Made by a program: the position numbers and the translations under genes. DNA of 64,000 bases from an uncultured Chloroflexia bacterium (GTDB lineage: Bacteria > Chloroflexota > Limnocylindria > Limnocylindrales > CSP1-4), in the NCBI GenBank assembly GCA_963712745.1, contig CAVQJC010000001.1:160001-224000 (forward strand), written 5' to 3'. Of the stretch, positions 40,208-50,360 are shown in pieces (within the stretch, counting starts at the first letter, position 1; the number at the start of each line of letters is the position of its first letter). The notes beneath the pieces are model-generated. The model was not told the DNA's origin, searched no databases, and saw nothing but the letters and a program-made list of their open reading frames with translations.

Positions 40208-40250
40208 AGTGGTCAGATCCAAACTGATAGCCAGACGGCTAGCAGCCGAC
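40208..40250 (+). repeat. Degenerate tRNA-Asn T-arm/anticodon-arm (att-like) site
   Basis: About 28/43 ungapped identity to the tRNA antisense. Shares the GGCTAGCAGCC variant with the 27.6- and 38.6-kb sites. Confidence 0.55.
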
Positions 40251-40429
40251 GGGGTCGAGGAACTCTCCGAGCGTGCGGAAGAGACCGCGCAGCGGGCTCG
40301 TCTAGCTCCCCTATCTGTCAGGCTGAGGTGCGCATTCGGGTGGAGCTATCTGGCTAGGAACCGGCCCGCGGCCAGCAACAGCCTCTGGCGCCCCGGTACC
40401 CGGACCCACCCGGCGAGGCCGCCGTCGGG

Positions 40430-40570
40430 CCGATAGCGCCCATGGCGATGGGCCGCCTCGACGAAGGCGTGCATGTTGTCGGCCGGCGTCTCGGGCGGCA
40501 GAGCGCAGCCGTGCCCGATGGTGAGCCCGCCACCGGGCGCAAGCACCGACAGCTCTTCGCGCACTGGCTC
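40430..40570 (-). pseudogene. C-terminal remnant of a URO-D/MtaA-family gene
   Basis: VREELSVLAPGGGLTIGHGCALPPETPADNMHAFVEAAHRHGRY parallels the tail of 54970-56002 (..GPGCALGPETPADNIHALIEAARKYGTY). Confidence 0.8.
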
Positions 40571-40726
40571 GATAAGGCCGTCACCCACGCTTGGGCTAGC
40601 GATCGTTCGGTGCGTCCGGCGCGAGGTGGATGGGGAGGAGACGACTTGAGTAGCGGGGTCAGCTGTCGCCTTTGAACAGTTCGCCGAGTGCGGCGCTGGT
40701 CGGCGGAGACAGAAGCCGGTACCCCA

Positions 40727-41792
40727 TCAGCGGACCTCGCCGTCTTCGTCGATACCATTGATGCGGTCGCGATCGTCGTACGCCACGGCGATGAGGCGCG
40801 ACTCGAGCCTGCCCTCCGCGGGGAGGGTCACGGCGCTGCCGTTGTCGATCGCTTCTAGCAGCCCAGAGTCTGGCCAGCTGGTCCACGGCTCGAGCGCACA
40901 CGTGTACTCGCGGCCCCACCAGGGTGCATCCGGCTCTCCCCCCCACACCTGCCAGAACCAGAGGTACGGGAAGAGCGACGCATCCCACCGCAGTCCGAAG
41001 CCGACTCGCTTTCGGCCGCTGGTGATGCCGTACCAGCCCTCGTCGAAGCCACGAAGACAGACCCACTCGGAGCGACGGGCGTCCACGGACGGCACCACAC
41101 TGAGGTCGAGCGTGCCGCCATCGGCCAGCCGGGCATGGGGCCAGCGGAACTCATGGTCGAACTCAAGTGTGCTCGTCGGCAGCGGGCCTGATCGCCGCGT
41201 GCTCCCCTGGCATTCGGGCAAGTCGATGCGGCAGCTGTCGTCGAGGAAGGGTGCCCCGAACGCCGGGTGCTGCCCCCACATCAACTGGATGGGCACCATT
41301 GAGAGGTTGTTCACTGTCTCGTCGATGATCAGCGCAGACGATCCCGCACGAAGCGACAATCGCTTCTCCACCCGGAACGGCGTGAGCGGGGTCTCGACAG
41401 ACAGTGCGATCGTGACTAGCTCGGGCCTGTCGACCTCGACAACGGCATTCCAGCGGGAGGACCATAGCTCACCGTGGAATGGGGTACTCAGCACCGCGGT
41501 ACGTGACGCCCGGGCCGCCGTTGGGCAGGCATTCCTGCCAACCGCCCTCCCACTCGTCGAGGAAAGCGAAGACGCCCGAGGCTGACCGGCGACCGCCCGG
41601 CATCGGTGGCTGCAGTCCAGCAGAGCTTCGCCACAGGAAGTCCGTATCGGATGGCTTGTGCACGAAGGACGTGACATCGGAGCCTTTATCCGGCAGAAGC
41701 TCCACCCGGACCACCTCGTTCTCGAGTGAGAGGACGCGGCGGCCGGCTTCGACGTAGTCGCGAATCCGAGCGCCGAAGTGACGCGCAACCAT
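40727..41792 (-). pseudogene. Aldose-1-epimerase/DUF4432-family protein, frameshifted near 41485
   Basis: LENEVVRVELLPDKGSD, GGWQECLPNGG, then PFHGE, MWGQHPAFGAPFL, ALEPWTS in another frame. Confidence 0.83.
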
Positions 41793-42427
41793 CAGATGCT
41801 CATGCCCAAGGCACGTTGCACCACGTCGACGGCCCGAGCCGCGTCGGGCGCAAACCCGTCCGCACCGATCTGCCTCGCGTACTCCTCGGTGACCGGGGCG
41901 CCACCGACGACGATCTTGGTGTCGGCGATGTCGCTGGCACGCACCGCATCGACGACATCGGCCATGGCAGTCATGGTCGTCGTCAACAGGGCCGATAGAC
42001 CGATGACGGCGGCATTGTTCTCGCGGGCTGCGTCGACGAACCGTTGGGCCGGGACGTTCGTGCCCAGGTCGACGACTTCGAGGTTGGCGCCCTTCCACAT
42101 CATCGAGACAAGGCCCTTGCCGATGTCGTGCAGGTCGCCCTGGACCGTTCCGATTACGACTGTGTGCACCGGCTGGATGCCGGATTCGACGAGCGCCGGC
42201 TCGAGTTCGGCGAGCGCCTCTTTCATGGCTCGCGCCGCGATGAGCATGCCCGAGACGTAGACGTCTCCGGCCTGGAAGCGATCGCCGATTGCGGCCATGG
42301 ACGCGGTCATTGCGCCCAGGATCTCTGGGGCAGGGTAACCCTCCGCGAGTGCTTCACGGGTGAGCGACCGCGCGGCATTGGCGTCGCCGTCTTCGATGGC
42401 GGTGCCCAGTGAGGCGAGATCGGTCAT
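41792..42427 (-). CDS. Corrinoid (B12-binding) protein, MtaC/MttC-like
   Basis: B12 cap domain plus GTVQGDLHDIGK (DxHxxG), SALLTTTM, VGGAPVT. Confidence 0.95.
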   Translation of the reverse strand: MTDLASLGTAIEDGDANAARSLTREALAEGYPAPEILGAMTASMAAIGDRFQAGDVYVSGMLIAARAMKEALAELEPALVESGIQPVHTVVIGTVQGDLHDIGKGLVSMMWKGANLEVVDLGTNVPAQRFVDAARENNAAVIGLSALLTTTMTAMADVVDAVRASDIADTKIVVGGAPVTEEYARQIGADGFAPDAARAVDVVQRALGMSI

Positions 42428-43635
42428 GGCGTTGTGCTTCTCCCTTCGTATGCCTCGATCAGGTACTCGTATACCTCGCGCGGGCTGTCGGTGCGGCGAT
42501 CGGGGACCGGCTCATACCGTCCGTCCGCAAGCAGGCCGAGGATGGGCGAGTAGTCCTGCAGGAAAGCGACCCCTCGCAGCTCGATCGAGTCCGCCATGCG
42601 GTCGAAATACGATCGGTAGTCGAGCGGGGTGAAATCGCCGATGAAGAGCACCAGGCGGTCCTTGACACGCTCGTGCAACTCCACCAGTGCATCAAAGTCG
42701 TGCAGGGTGAACACGTTCAGGCCCTTCAGCCCGTCCATGGCTAGGAAGCTTTCGGCGTGATGGCTAGCGTCGCCGCAGTAGTGGACGATGCCGCCATCGA
42801 ATGCTTTGAGGATGCGGGAGTTGTAGGGCACCACGTACTCGCGGTACAGGTCGGCGTCGATGAGGACGGCGTCGTCGTCGGACAACCACACTCCGATGTT
42901 CTCGCCGGTGTACATCGACTGGTTGGCGATGCAATAGCCGGGAGGATCACCAATCACTTCTTTCTGGGCCTGGACCCAAGTGATAAGACCGTCGGTGATG
43001 ATGTCCATCAACTGGTGCATGGCCACCGGGTCATCCATCATGAGATAGATGAGTTTGTCGTAGCCCATCAACTGGTTGGCGGTCGTGAGCGGACCCTGGT
43101 GGTCGGTGAAGCCGACCGGCAGGTCGCTGTTCTCCTTCATGTAGCGCAGGTACTCGAGCACGGTGGGCATCAAGCCATCGCGCTCGGGATCTGGGACACG
43201 CAGTCGGCGGATGTCATCCGGACCCTGCACGGGGTAGTACGTGGGATCAGCAGCCGGATCCTGGCCGGGGTGGAACTCCACGCGACAACCGAAGGCGGAG
43301 GCCGCCACGACCGTGCCGAACCACGGCATCAGGTAGGGCACCCAGTCGTCGTCGACGTTGCGGAGATGGTTCAGGTACCAGCGCTCCTGGGCACTGACTG
43401 CCGCGGCGGGGTCGGTATAGAACGCATCCGGGATGGTCTCCGGCGCATGCCCGAATACCCAAGCCACGGCGTCGGTCACCGAAGCGACTGGCCGCTCGAG
43501 GGGCTCGAAGGCGAACACCGCGTCCATGCGTGGTTTGGTGCGAGCGAGCCGCTCCTCGTACCGGCGCCGCAGCTCGGCACGCTCTGCCGCTTCGAGCGGC
43601 ACCCCGTAGTCCTGCTGGTCGTTTGGATGGTTCAT
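42424..43635 (-). CDS. URO-D/MtaA-superfamily protein (putative methyltransferase)
   Basis: ASAFGC, DPERDG, TDHQGPLTTANQLMG, LSDDDA, YREYVVPY, HYCGD. Confidence 0.8.
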   Translation of the reverse strand: MNHPNDQQDYGVPLEAAERAELRRRYEERLARTKPRMDAVFAFEPLERPVASVTDAVAWVFGHAPETIPDAFYTDPAAAVSAQERWYLNHLRNVDDDWVPYLMPWFGTVVAASAFGCRVEFHPGQDPAADPTYYPVQGPDDIRRLRVPDPERDGLMPTVLEYLRYMKENSDLPVGFTDHQGPLTTANQLMGYDKLIYLMMDDPVAMHQLMDIITDGLITWVQAQKEVIGDPPGYCIANQSMYTGENIGVWLSDDDAVLIDADLYREYVVPYNSRILKAFDGGIVHYCGDASHHAESFLAMDGLKGLNVFTLHDFDALVELHERVKDRLVLFIGDFTPLDYRSYFDRMADSIELRGVAFLQDYSPILGLLADGRYEPVPDRRTDSPREVYEYLIEAYEGRSTTP

Positions 43636-43705
43636 TTGCGTTTGGTCCCTCCCTGTCGACGGCCTCGTTGGTTCCGTACCTTGCCGCCGACCTCCATGCC
43701 ACATG

Positions 43706-44590
43706 TCATCCGGCGAACTCGTTCGTGGCCAGTCCTGTGACGCCGGGCCGACAGACGAAAGTGGCGCCCGCGAGCGGCTGGTCCCGAAGGGCATCGGCAT
43801 CCAAGGCATACGCTGCGGACGTGATGTATAGATCCCCGAGGTCAGGACCACCGAAGCACACGCTCGTCGGCTGCTTGACTGGGAGGCCGATGCTGCCCCG
43901 CAGAACACCGTCGGGCCCGTAGCAGCGCACTTCGCCTCCGTAGAAGAGCGCCACCCAGACATTGCCCTCTGCATCGACTGTCAATCCATCTGGCATTCCC
44001 TCGTCCTGCGCGAACGTGACGAGCCGGGATGGTTCACCGAGTGCACCACTCGTGGCGTCAAACGGGAAGGCATCGATCGCGTAGTTGCCCGAGTCGATGA
44101 AGTACATGACGTCGCCGCTGGGGCTCCAGCCCAAGCCGTTGGCGATCGTGAGGTCGGGGAGGACGCGAGTCACCGAGTGATCCACGTCCACGCGATACAG
44201 GGAGGCGGCGCCCGCCGCGAAGTCGAACGACATCGTCCCCGCCCAGAGCCGGCCCTGCGGGTCGCACTTGGCATCATTCATCCGGTTCCCGGGGTTGTCA
44301 CCTTCGATCGGGGCGAAGATCCGAACGGCGCCATCGGAGTCTCCAAGGAAGCCGATCCCGTCCCGCATGGCGACCACGAGCCCACCCTGAGCTCGCGGGA
44401 TCACAGCTCCCACTTCCTGACCAACGCTGATCGTGTCGAGCGATCCACTCGCCGGATCGAGGCGGTAGATCAGCCCCGGCGACACATCCACGAACAGCAA
44501 CGTGCCGGTCCGCGCATCCCACGATGGACCTTCGCCCACGTCGGCACCGACCTCAGCGACCGGGGCCACCTTCACATCGTCGAACACCAT
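43706..44590 (-). CDS. SMP-30/gluconolactonase family sugar lactonase
   Basis: GEGPSW, RMNDAKCDPQGRLWAGTM, ANGLGWSP, PDGLTVD. Confidence 0.93.
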   Translation of the reverse strand: MVFDDVKVAPVAEVGADVGEGPSWDARTGTLLFVDVSPGLIYRLDPASGSLDTISVGQEVGAVIPRAQGGLVVAMRDGIGFLGDSDGAVRIFAPIEGDNPGNRMNDAKCDPQGRLWAGTMSFDFAAGAASLYRVDVDHSVTRVLPDLTIANGLGWSPSGDVMYFIDSGNYAIDAFPFDATSGALGEPSRLVTFAQDEGMPDGLTVDAEGNVWVALFYGGEVRCYGPDGVLRGSIGLPVKQPTSVCFGGPDLGDLYITSAAYALDADALRDQPLAGATFVCRPGVTGLATNEFAG

Positions 44591-44607
44591 CTCGCTTCTC
44601 TCCGGGA

Positions 44608-45357
44608 CTAGAAGTTGCCCAGCGAAGAGCCGCCGTCGACCAGGTACGTCGACCCGGTCACACTGGCTGCCGCCGGGGTACACAGGAAGAGCATCACTGC
44701 CGCCACGTCTTCGGGTTCCTGGAGCATCCCCAGGGGTACGGCCTTGGCGGCCCGGGCTGCGTACTCGGGATTGCGCTCAGCCTCGGCCCGTGCCAGTCCC
44801 GCATTCACGATGCCCGGCGCGACAAGGTTGCAGCGGATGCCGTCCTTCGCGTGTTCCAAGGCGATCGACCGCGCCAACATCTGAAGCGCGGCCTTCGAGC
44901 TCGAATAAGGAGCGATCTCCGGCCACGGTCGCTCGCCCACCCATGACCCGTTCAGCACGATGGAGCCCTTGGTCCTGTCGCGCAGGAACCGGCGGACAGC
45001 CGCCTGGGTGACGTGGAAGTTGCCGGTCAGGTTGACATCGATCTGACGCCGCCAAGAGTCGACCGTGACATCGACGAACGGGGCCGGCTCGACGATCCCG
45101 GCGTTGCCGATGACGAAGTCCAATCGGGCCGCTCCCTCGATCGCAGCATCGACTGCCGGGCGGTCGGTCACGTCAGCGGTCACGTAGCTGATCTGATTGG
45201 CTGGCAGGCCTTCGAGCAGTGCCCGCGCGTCATCGGCGCTCGACCGACCCACCGCGATGACATCTGCCCCCGCTTCGATGAATGCCCGGCAGACGGCGCG
45301 TCCGATGTCGCCGGCTGCACCAGTCACCAGCACGGTCTTGCCTCTCAAGTCACTCAC
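44608..45357 (-). CDS. SDR-family oxidoreductase
   Basis: TGAAGDIG, NAG, YSSSK, VTGSTYLVDGG. Confidence 0.93.
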   Translation of the reverse strand: MSDLRGKTVLVTGAAGDIGRAVCRAFIEAGADVIAVGRSSADDARALLEGLPANQISYVTADVTDRPAVDAAIEGAARLDFVIGNAGIVEPAPFVDVTVDSWRRQIDVNLTGNFHVTQAAVRRFLRDRTKGSIVLNGSWVGERPWPEIAPYSSSKAALQMLARSIALEHAKDGIRCNLVAPGIVNAGLARAEAERNPEYAARAAKAVPLGMLQEPEDVAAVMLFLCTPAAASVTGSTYLVDGGSSLGNF

Positions 45358-46531
45358 GAGACGCCTCCATAGTCGACTCCGGCCGGAGGTCCACGACCTC
45401 CATGATCGAGTTTGCGCTGAACAGGGCCGGGTCGATAGGCTCGTACGGGTGCTGTGAGATCGCGGCGTGGTCGAGTTCGACGCCCAGGCCCGGCGCCTCG
45501 GAGACATCGACATGGCCGTCGGTCACGCGCGGCGCTCCGACCACGACCTCGTGTCGCCAAGGCACATCCCAGGGCTCAAGCATCTCCTGGATCTGGAAGT
45601 TGGGACTCACGACGTCAACGGCGAGGGTGGCAGCGGTGGCGACGGCGCCGTTGGGATTGTGCGGCGCGATCTGGACGAACCAGGTCGCGGCCATGGCCGC
45701 GATGTCGCGAGCCTCGGCGATGCCGCCCACGTGCAGGATGTCGGGTTGGAGGATGTGGACCGCACCGAGCTCGAGCAGTCGTCGCACCTCAAGTCGGGAG
45801 TAGCAGCGCTCGCCAGCCGCGATGGGCACTCGGCTGTGCTCGGCCACGTGCCGCATCGCCTCAGGATTGCCCGGCGGGACCGGCTCCTCGAAGAAGAAGG
45901 GGTCGAAAGGCTCGAGGCGGCCGGCGATGGTCCGCGCCGCGTGAACGCTGAAGCGGCCGTGTCCCTCGATCAGCAGCGCCACTTTGGGTCCCAGCTCCCG
46001 TCGGAGCGCGGCTACGACCTCGACCGCTGCATCGCTCTCCGCGACCGTCGGCGCCAGGTCCGCTCGCCCGAAGGGGTCGAACTTCAGCGCCCGATAACCC
46101 AGTTCCACGACCTCGCCGGCTCGTTCGACCCACTCATCGACCGTCTGGACCCCGAAGTACCAGCCGTTGGCATAGACCGGCATCGGGCCGTGAACACGCC
46201 CTCCGAGCAAGCGCCATACCGGCTGGCCGAGCTGCTTGCCCATGATGTCCCACAGGGCGATCTCGACGGCAGCCAAGCCCGTGCCGGCAACATACCCACC
46301 GACCCAGAACGGGTCGCGGGTGAGCAGGCGACGGACTCCGGAGATGGAGGTGGCGTCTGCTCCGACAAGCACGCGCTTGAGGTCCTCAAGGTGGCCCTGG
46401 ATCGTGAGTTCACGGCCTTCGAGCGTGGCCTCACCAAGGCCGATGATGCCGTTGTCGGTCTCGACTTCGACGAAGACCCAGTTTCGCCACCCGGCGTGGC
46501 ATGGGTAGCAGCGGATGTCAGCGATTCTCAT
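45350..46531 (-). CDS. Mandelate racemase/enolase-superfamily sugar-acid dehydratase (DgoD-like)
   Basis: EIALWDIMGK, YANGW, ALKFDPF, IEGHGR, FFEEP, AAGER, APHNP. Confidence 0.92.
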   Translation of the reverse strand: MRIADIRCYPCHAGWRNWVFVEVETDNGIIGLGEATLEGRELTIQGHLEDLKRVLVGADATSISGVRRLLTRDPFWVGGYVAGTGLAAVEIALWDIMGKQLGQPVWRLLGGRVHGPMPVYANGWYFGVQTVDEWVERAGEVVELGYRALKFDPFGRADLAPTVAESDAAVEVVAALRRELGPKVALLIEGHGRFSVHAARTIAGRLEPFDPFFFEEPVPPGNPEAMRHVAEHSRVPIAAGERCYSRLEVRRLLELGAVHILQPDILHVGGIAEARDIAAMAATWFVQIAPHNPNGAVATAATLAVDVVSPNFQIQEMLEPWDVPWRHEVVVGAPRVTDGHVDVSEAPGLGVELDHAAISQHPYEPIDPALFSANSIMEVVDLRPESTMEASRE

Positions 46532-47606
46532 TCGCGCCTCCGGGTGGGGGTGCGTCATCAGCGGCGACACCGGCTACCGACTGGCGGAACATCCGCCTCT
46601 TTCGAACTTGGTCCAGCGCGGCAGCAAGGATGACGACAGCGCCGACGAAGAGGTTCTGGAGCGTGGGATCGACCCTTAGCAGGATGAGTCCTGTGGTCAG
46701 GACGCTCAGCAGGATGGCTCCCATGACCGTGCCCCGGATGGTCCCGATGGAGCCGCCGATGCTGGTGCCGCCGATGACGACGGCTGCGATCACCTGAAGC
46801 TCGAAGCCTGCCCCGAACGAGGGAGACCCCGAGCTGAGCCGGGAGGCCATCAGCACGCCGGCGAAGGCGGCGAGGCCGCCCCCGAGCATGTATGTGGCGG
46901 TCGAGACCCTGCGCACGTTGATTCCGAAACGGCGAGATCCCTCACGGTTGCCGCCGACAGCACGGATGGTCCAGCCGATCTTCGTCTTCTCGAGCAGGAT
47001 GTCCATCAGTATCGCCACGATCGCAGCGATGACAATCAGGAGCGGGATGCCAAGGATCTCGCCTTGGCCGATGTCCGTGAATTCATCGGGTAAGGGTCCG
47101 ATCGGATTGCCGCCCGAAAGGGCGACGACGAGCGAGCGCACGGCGAACAACGTCCCAAGCGTGACGATGATGGGCGAGATGTCCAAGTAGTTCACGAGGG
47201 CGCCGTTGAGGAGGCCCACGACGATCCCGACCGAAATCCCGAAGAGGAACACAGCTGGGACGATCCAGCCGGCGTCGGCCGCCCACGCCGCGCTGACCGC
47301 CCCCGCAGCGAAGACCGACCCGATCGAGAGGTCGAGACCGCCACCAACCATGACCACGGTTGAGCCTGTTCCTACGATGATGAGGAAGACAGCGTTGCGG
47401 AGGATGTTTGTCCAGGTCTGCTGGTCGAGAAAGCGCTCGTTCTGTGTCGCGCCGAGCACGACGAAGAGCACGATGACCACGATCAGGCCGCTGGCCGTGC
47501 TACCGAGGATGCGGCGCCAGGGGGACTGCGAGACGGAGGCGAGGTCGACCTCGGCAACGTCCGTGGCTCCGCCCACTGCGTCGTTGGTCACGGCACCACC
47601 GTTCAT
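46518..47606 (-). CDS. Monosaccharide ABC permease
   Basis: GGLDLSIGS, ISPIIVTLG, ELQVIAAVVIGGTS. Confidence 0.93.
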   Translation of the reverse strand: MNGGAVTNDAVGGATDVAEVDLASVSQSPWRRILGSTASGLIVVIVLFVVLGATQNERFLDQQTWTNILRNAVFLIIVGTGSTVVMVGGGLDLSIGSVFAAGAVSAAWAADAGWIVPAVFLFGISVGIVVGLLNGALVNYLDISPIIVTLGTLFAVRSLVVALSGGNPIGPLPDEFTDIGQGEILGIPLLIVIAAIVAILMDILLEKTKIGWTIRAVGGNREGSRRFGINVRRVSTATYMLGGGLAAFAGVLMASRLSSGSPSFGAGFELQVIAAVVIGGTSIGGSIGTIRGTVMGAILLSVLTTGLILLRVDPTLQNLFVGAVVILAAALDQVRKRRMFRQSVAGVAADDAPPPGGANENR

Positions 47607-48424
47607 TCCGGGCTTCCGTCGTGCTCAGCCCCACCTGCATGGTCACCAGGGATGGCGCCGGTGATGAGCCCCACAAGCTCTTCGGGCGTCGTGCGCGCAA
47701 CATCTCTGATGCCCTGTACCCGCCCCAGACGCATGACTTGGACGCGGTCGGCGACATCGAACACGAACGAAACGTCGTGGCTGATAAGGACCACAGCCTT
47801 GCCCTGCGACCGCAGCTGGCCCACGATCTCTCCCACCTGACGAGTCTCTCTTACACCCAGAGCTGCAGTCGGCTCGTCCATCATCACGATAGGGTTGTCA
47901 TCCCTGATGGCCCGCGCGATGGCGACGCCCTGGCGCTGGCCTCCGGAAAGCTCACCCACGGGCACGCGCACGGAAGGCAAGCGGACCTTCAGGCTTTGCA
48001 CGGTCCTGGCGGACTCCTCGATCATCCTCCGTCGGTCGGCGAAGAAGCGCCACCGACTCAGTTGGGCGCCGAGGAACATGTTCGCCGCCACGTCGAGCGT
48101 CTCGATGAGCGCCAGGTCCTGGAAGACCACGGAGACTCCCATCGCCCGAGCCAGGTGAGGGTCGCTGCCGGGCAAGACCTTGCCGCGGATCCGGACCTCA
48201 CCCCGGTCGAGCGCGTAGACGCCCGAGATGACCTTGACCATCGTCGACTTGCCGGCTCCGTTGTCCCCGACGACCGCCAGGACCTCACCGGGCCAGGCGC
48301 TCATCGAGACGTCACGAAGCGCGACGACGTGACCGAAGGACTTCCAGGCCCCCGCCAGCTCGAGTGCTGGCGGGGCGTCCTGGCGATCGGCCGGCTGAGT
48401 CGCCGGGTGTGACTGGACTGACAC
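47603..48424 (-). CDS. Monosaccharide ABC ATP-binding protein (single domain)
   Basis: GDNGAGKST, LSGGQRQ, MDEPTAALG. Confidence 0.94.
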   Translation of the reverse strand: MSVQSHPATQPADRQDAPPALELAGAWKSFGHVVALRDVSMSAWPGEVLAVVGDNGAGKSTMVKVISGVYALDRGEVRIRGKVLPGSDPHLARAMGVSVVFQDLALIETLDVAANMFLGAQLSRWRFFADRRRMIEESARTVQSLKVRLPSVRVPVGELSGGQRQGVAIARAIRDDNPIVMMDEPTAALGVRETRQVGEIVGQLRSQGKAVVLISHDVSFVFDVADRVQVMRLGRVQGIRDVARTTPEELVGLITGAIPGDHAGGAEHDGSPE

Positions 48425-48435
48425 GTCGGGAGCTC

Positions 48436-49419
48436 TTACTCCTCGCTGGCCAGGCTTGGGATGATGTCCGTTGGGCAGCCGGCATACGGCAGGCGGTCGG
48501 CGGTCACTGGATCGACGTCGATCGGCCAAAGCGTCTGCTCGGGGCCCTCACCGGCCTGAGCGGCCTTGATGAGCTCAGCGGCGAACGGCGAGGCCCAGAA
48601 GTAGCACTGGTTCAACGTCGTCGTGATCCACCCGTCCTCGATGGCGGCCAGTGTGGGGTCCAGAGCGTCGATCGAGAGCACGAACACGTCGCCGGGGGAC
48701 TTGCCTGCCTCGGCGAAGGCCTGAGGCACGACGCCGGGAGCAGCACCCTCGATGAGCCACAGCGCGTCCATCTCAGGGTAGGCAAGGCTGATGGCCCCGA
48801 GCTTCTCTGCCGCCTCACCGGGGTCGGAGTTATCGGTCTCCCAGGCGAGCTCGGTCATGTCGGGGTACTTCTCGGCCACCTGAGCCCGGAAAGCCTCGAC
48901 CTGGGCTACCTGGTTGGGAGTTTCCCGGGCGGTGCCCAGGATGACCACATTGGCTTCCGGGCCGACCTCTTCGGCGATGATGTCAGCGGAGAGCCGGCCG
49001 TATGCCACGTTGTCTGTGCCGACCGTGTAGTCCGCCTGCTCATCGATGCAGCCGATTGAGACGACGGTGATGCCGGCCTCCTGCGCCTGTCCGATGACAC
49101 CGCCGAAGGCGGCAGGATCAAGGCTGCAGGTGATGATGCCGTCGGCCTCGTCGGCGATGGCCTCCTCCATCATCGCGACCATGGCAGGGATGTCGATCGT
49201 GTTAGGCCCCACGATCGTCGGGTCGTACCCGATACGGTCAGCCGCCTCGGCGAAAGCGTCGTTCGACTGGCCCCAGGCCTGGAAGCTCGGTAGCGGGTTC
49301 ACATACCAGATGTTCAGCGCCTCCCCGTCATCCTGGGCCTGGACAGGCCCCACTGCGGCAGCCGCCAGGGTCACGCTTGCCAGCGCAGCGACCATCTTGG
49401 AGCGTGCACGTCGTTGCAT
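48436..49419 (-). CDS. Monosaccharide ABC substrate-binding protein
   Basis: Signal peptide ..VQAQD, ADGII, AGITVV, VGTDN. Confidence 0.92.
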   Translation of the reverse strand: MQRRARSKMVAALASVTLAAAAVGPVQAQDDGEALNIWYVNPLPSFQAWGQSNDAFAEAADRIGYDPTIVGPNTIDIPAMVAMMEEAIADEADGIITCSLDPAAFGGVIGQAQEAGITVVSIGCIDEQADYTVGTDNVAYGRLSADIIAEEVGPEANVVILGTARETPNQVAQVEAFRAQVAEKYPDMTELAWETDNSDPGEAAEKLGAISLAYPEMDALWLIEGAAPGVVPQAFAEAGKSPGDVFVLSIDALDPTLAAIEDGWITTTLNQCYFWASPFAAELIKAAQAGEGPEQTLWPIDVDPVTADRLPYAGCPTDIIPSLASEE

Positions 49420-49646
49420 TGGTTCCCAGACCTCCCCGTTCTGCTCCGATGCACCGAGTATTCTCGGCGTGACATATGATGTCGTATCTCATGATGCTCT
49501 ACCGTGTCAATCCCTCCTGATGGAGCGCCGCGGACTTGCCGCTCCCAGTGCGAACTCGAGTGCGTTGCCAGCACATGTATGATGTCCCGGTGAACGTCCG
49601 CGAGAGACCCGGCGGCCCTCGACCACGAACCACCGACCAGCGCCTG

Positions 49647-50360
49647 ATGGCAGATGCCGGCGGGTCGCGCACCGAGATACTCATAAGCCAGCTCATCGAC
49701 CGGATCATCAGCGGTGTCTACGCTCCCGGCGACACGATCCCCACCGAAGCGCAGCTGGGAGATGCGTTCGGGGTCAGCCGCACGGTCGTGCGAGAGGCAA
49801 TCAAGGTGCTGGCCGAGAAGCAGCTCGTGCGCGTCGACCGTGGGCGCGGGACCGTCGTGCGACCCCGCCGTGAATGGCGGATGCTGGATGCCGCCAACCT
49901 CTCGGCCCAGATCCGCCACGGCGACCGAGAGGTGGTCATCCGTGAGTTGATTTTGATGCGCAAGGGCATCGAGCCGGAGCTGGCAGCGATCGCCGCCGCA
50001 TCAGCGACACCGGAAGCGGTCGCATCGATCGGTGCGCGCGTCGATGCTCTCGCGCGTGCAGTCGACGACGAGCCGGCGTATCACATCGCTGATGGCCAGT
50101 TTCACGAGGCGATCGCCGAGACGGCTGGTGTCTCCATCGCCGTCGAGTTCCTTCAAGTGATGCGCGAGCCCCTCGACCTCGCTCGGCAGCTCACGGACCG
50201 AATCCCGGACGCCATCCTCAGCGCTCATCGGCATCACCTCGACGTGTTCACAGCCATCGCTCAGCGAGACCCAGATGGGGCTCGAAGCGCGATGCGACGC
50301 CATCTCGAGTGGGCGGAGGAGCGGCTCGGACTCGCATTCGACCCTAAGCGCGCGGGATGA
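49647..50360 (+). CDS. GntR/FadR-family regulator
   Basis: PGDTIPTEAQLGDAFGVSRTVVREAIK plus an FCD domain. ACAT(GT)ATGATGT motifs at about 49472 and 49573 are candidate operators. Confidence 0.93.
   Translation: MADAGGSRTEILISQLIDRIISGVYAPGDTIPTEAQLGDAFGVSRTVVREAIKVLAEKQLVRVDRGRGTVVRPRREWRMLDAANLSAQIRHGDREVVIRELILMRKGIEPELAAIAAASATPEAVASIGARVDALARAVDDEPAYHIADGQFHEAIAETAGVSIAVEFLQVMREPLDLARQLTDRIPDAILSAHRHHLDVFTAIAQRDPDGARSAMRRHLEWAEERLGLAFDPKRAG

Noticed and set aside
156-40250. Degenerate tRNA copies as functional tRNAs or as a CRISPR array
   Set aside because: They lack the 5' half/D-arm, are kilobases apart, and there are no cas genes or regular spacers.
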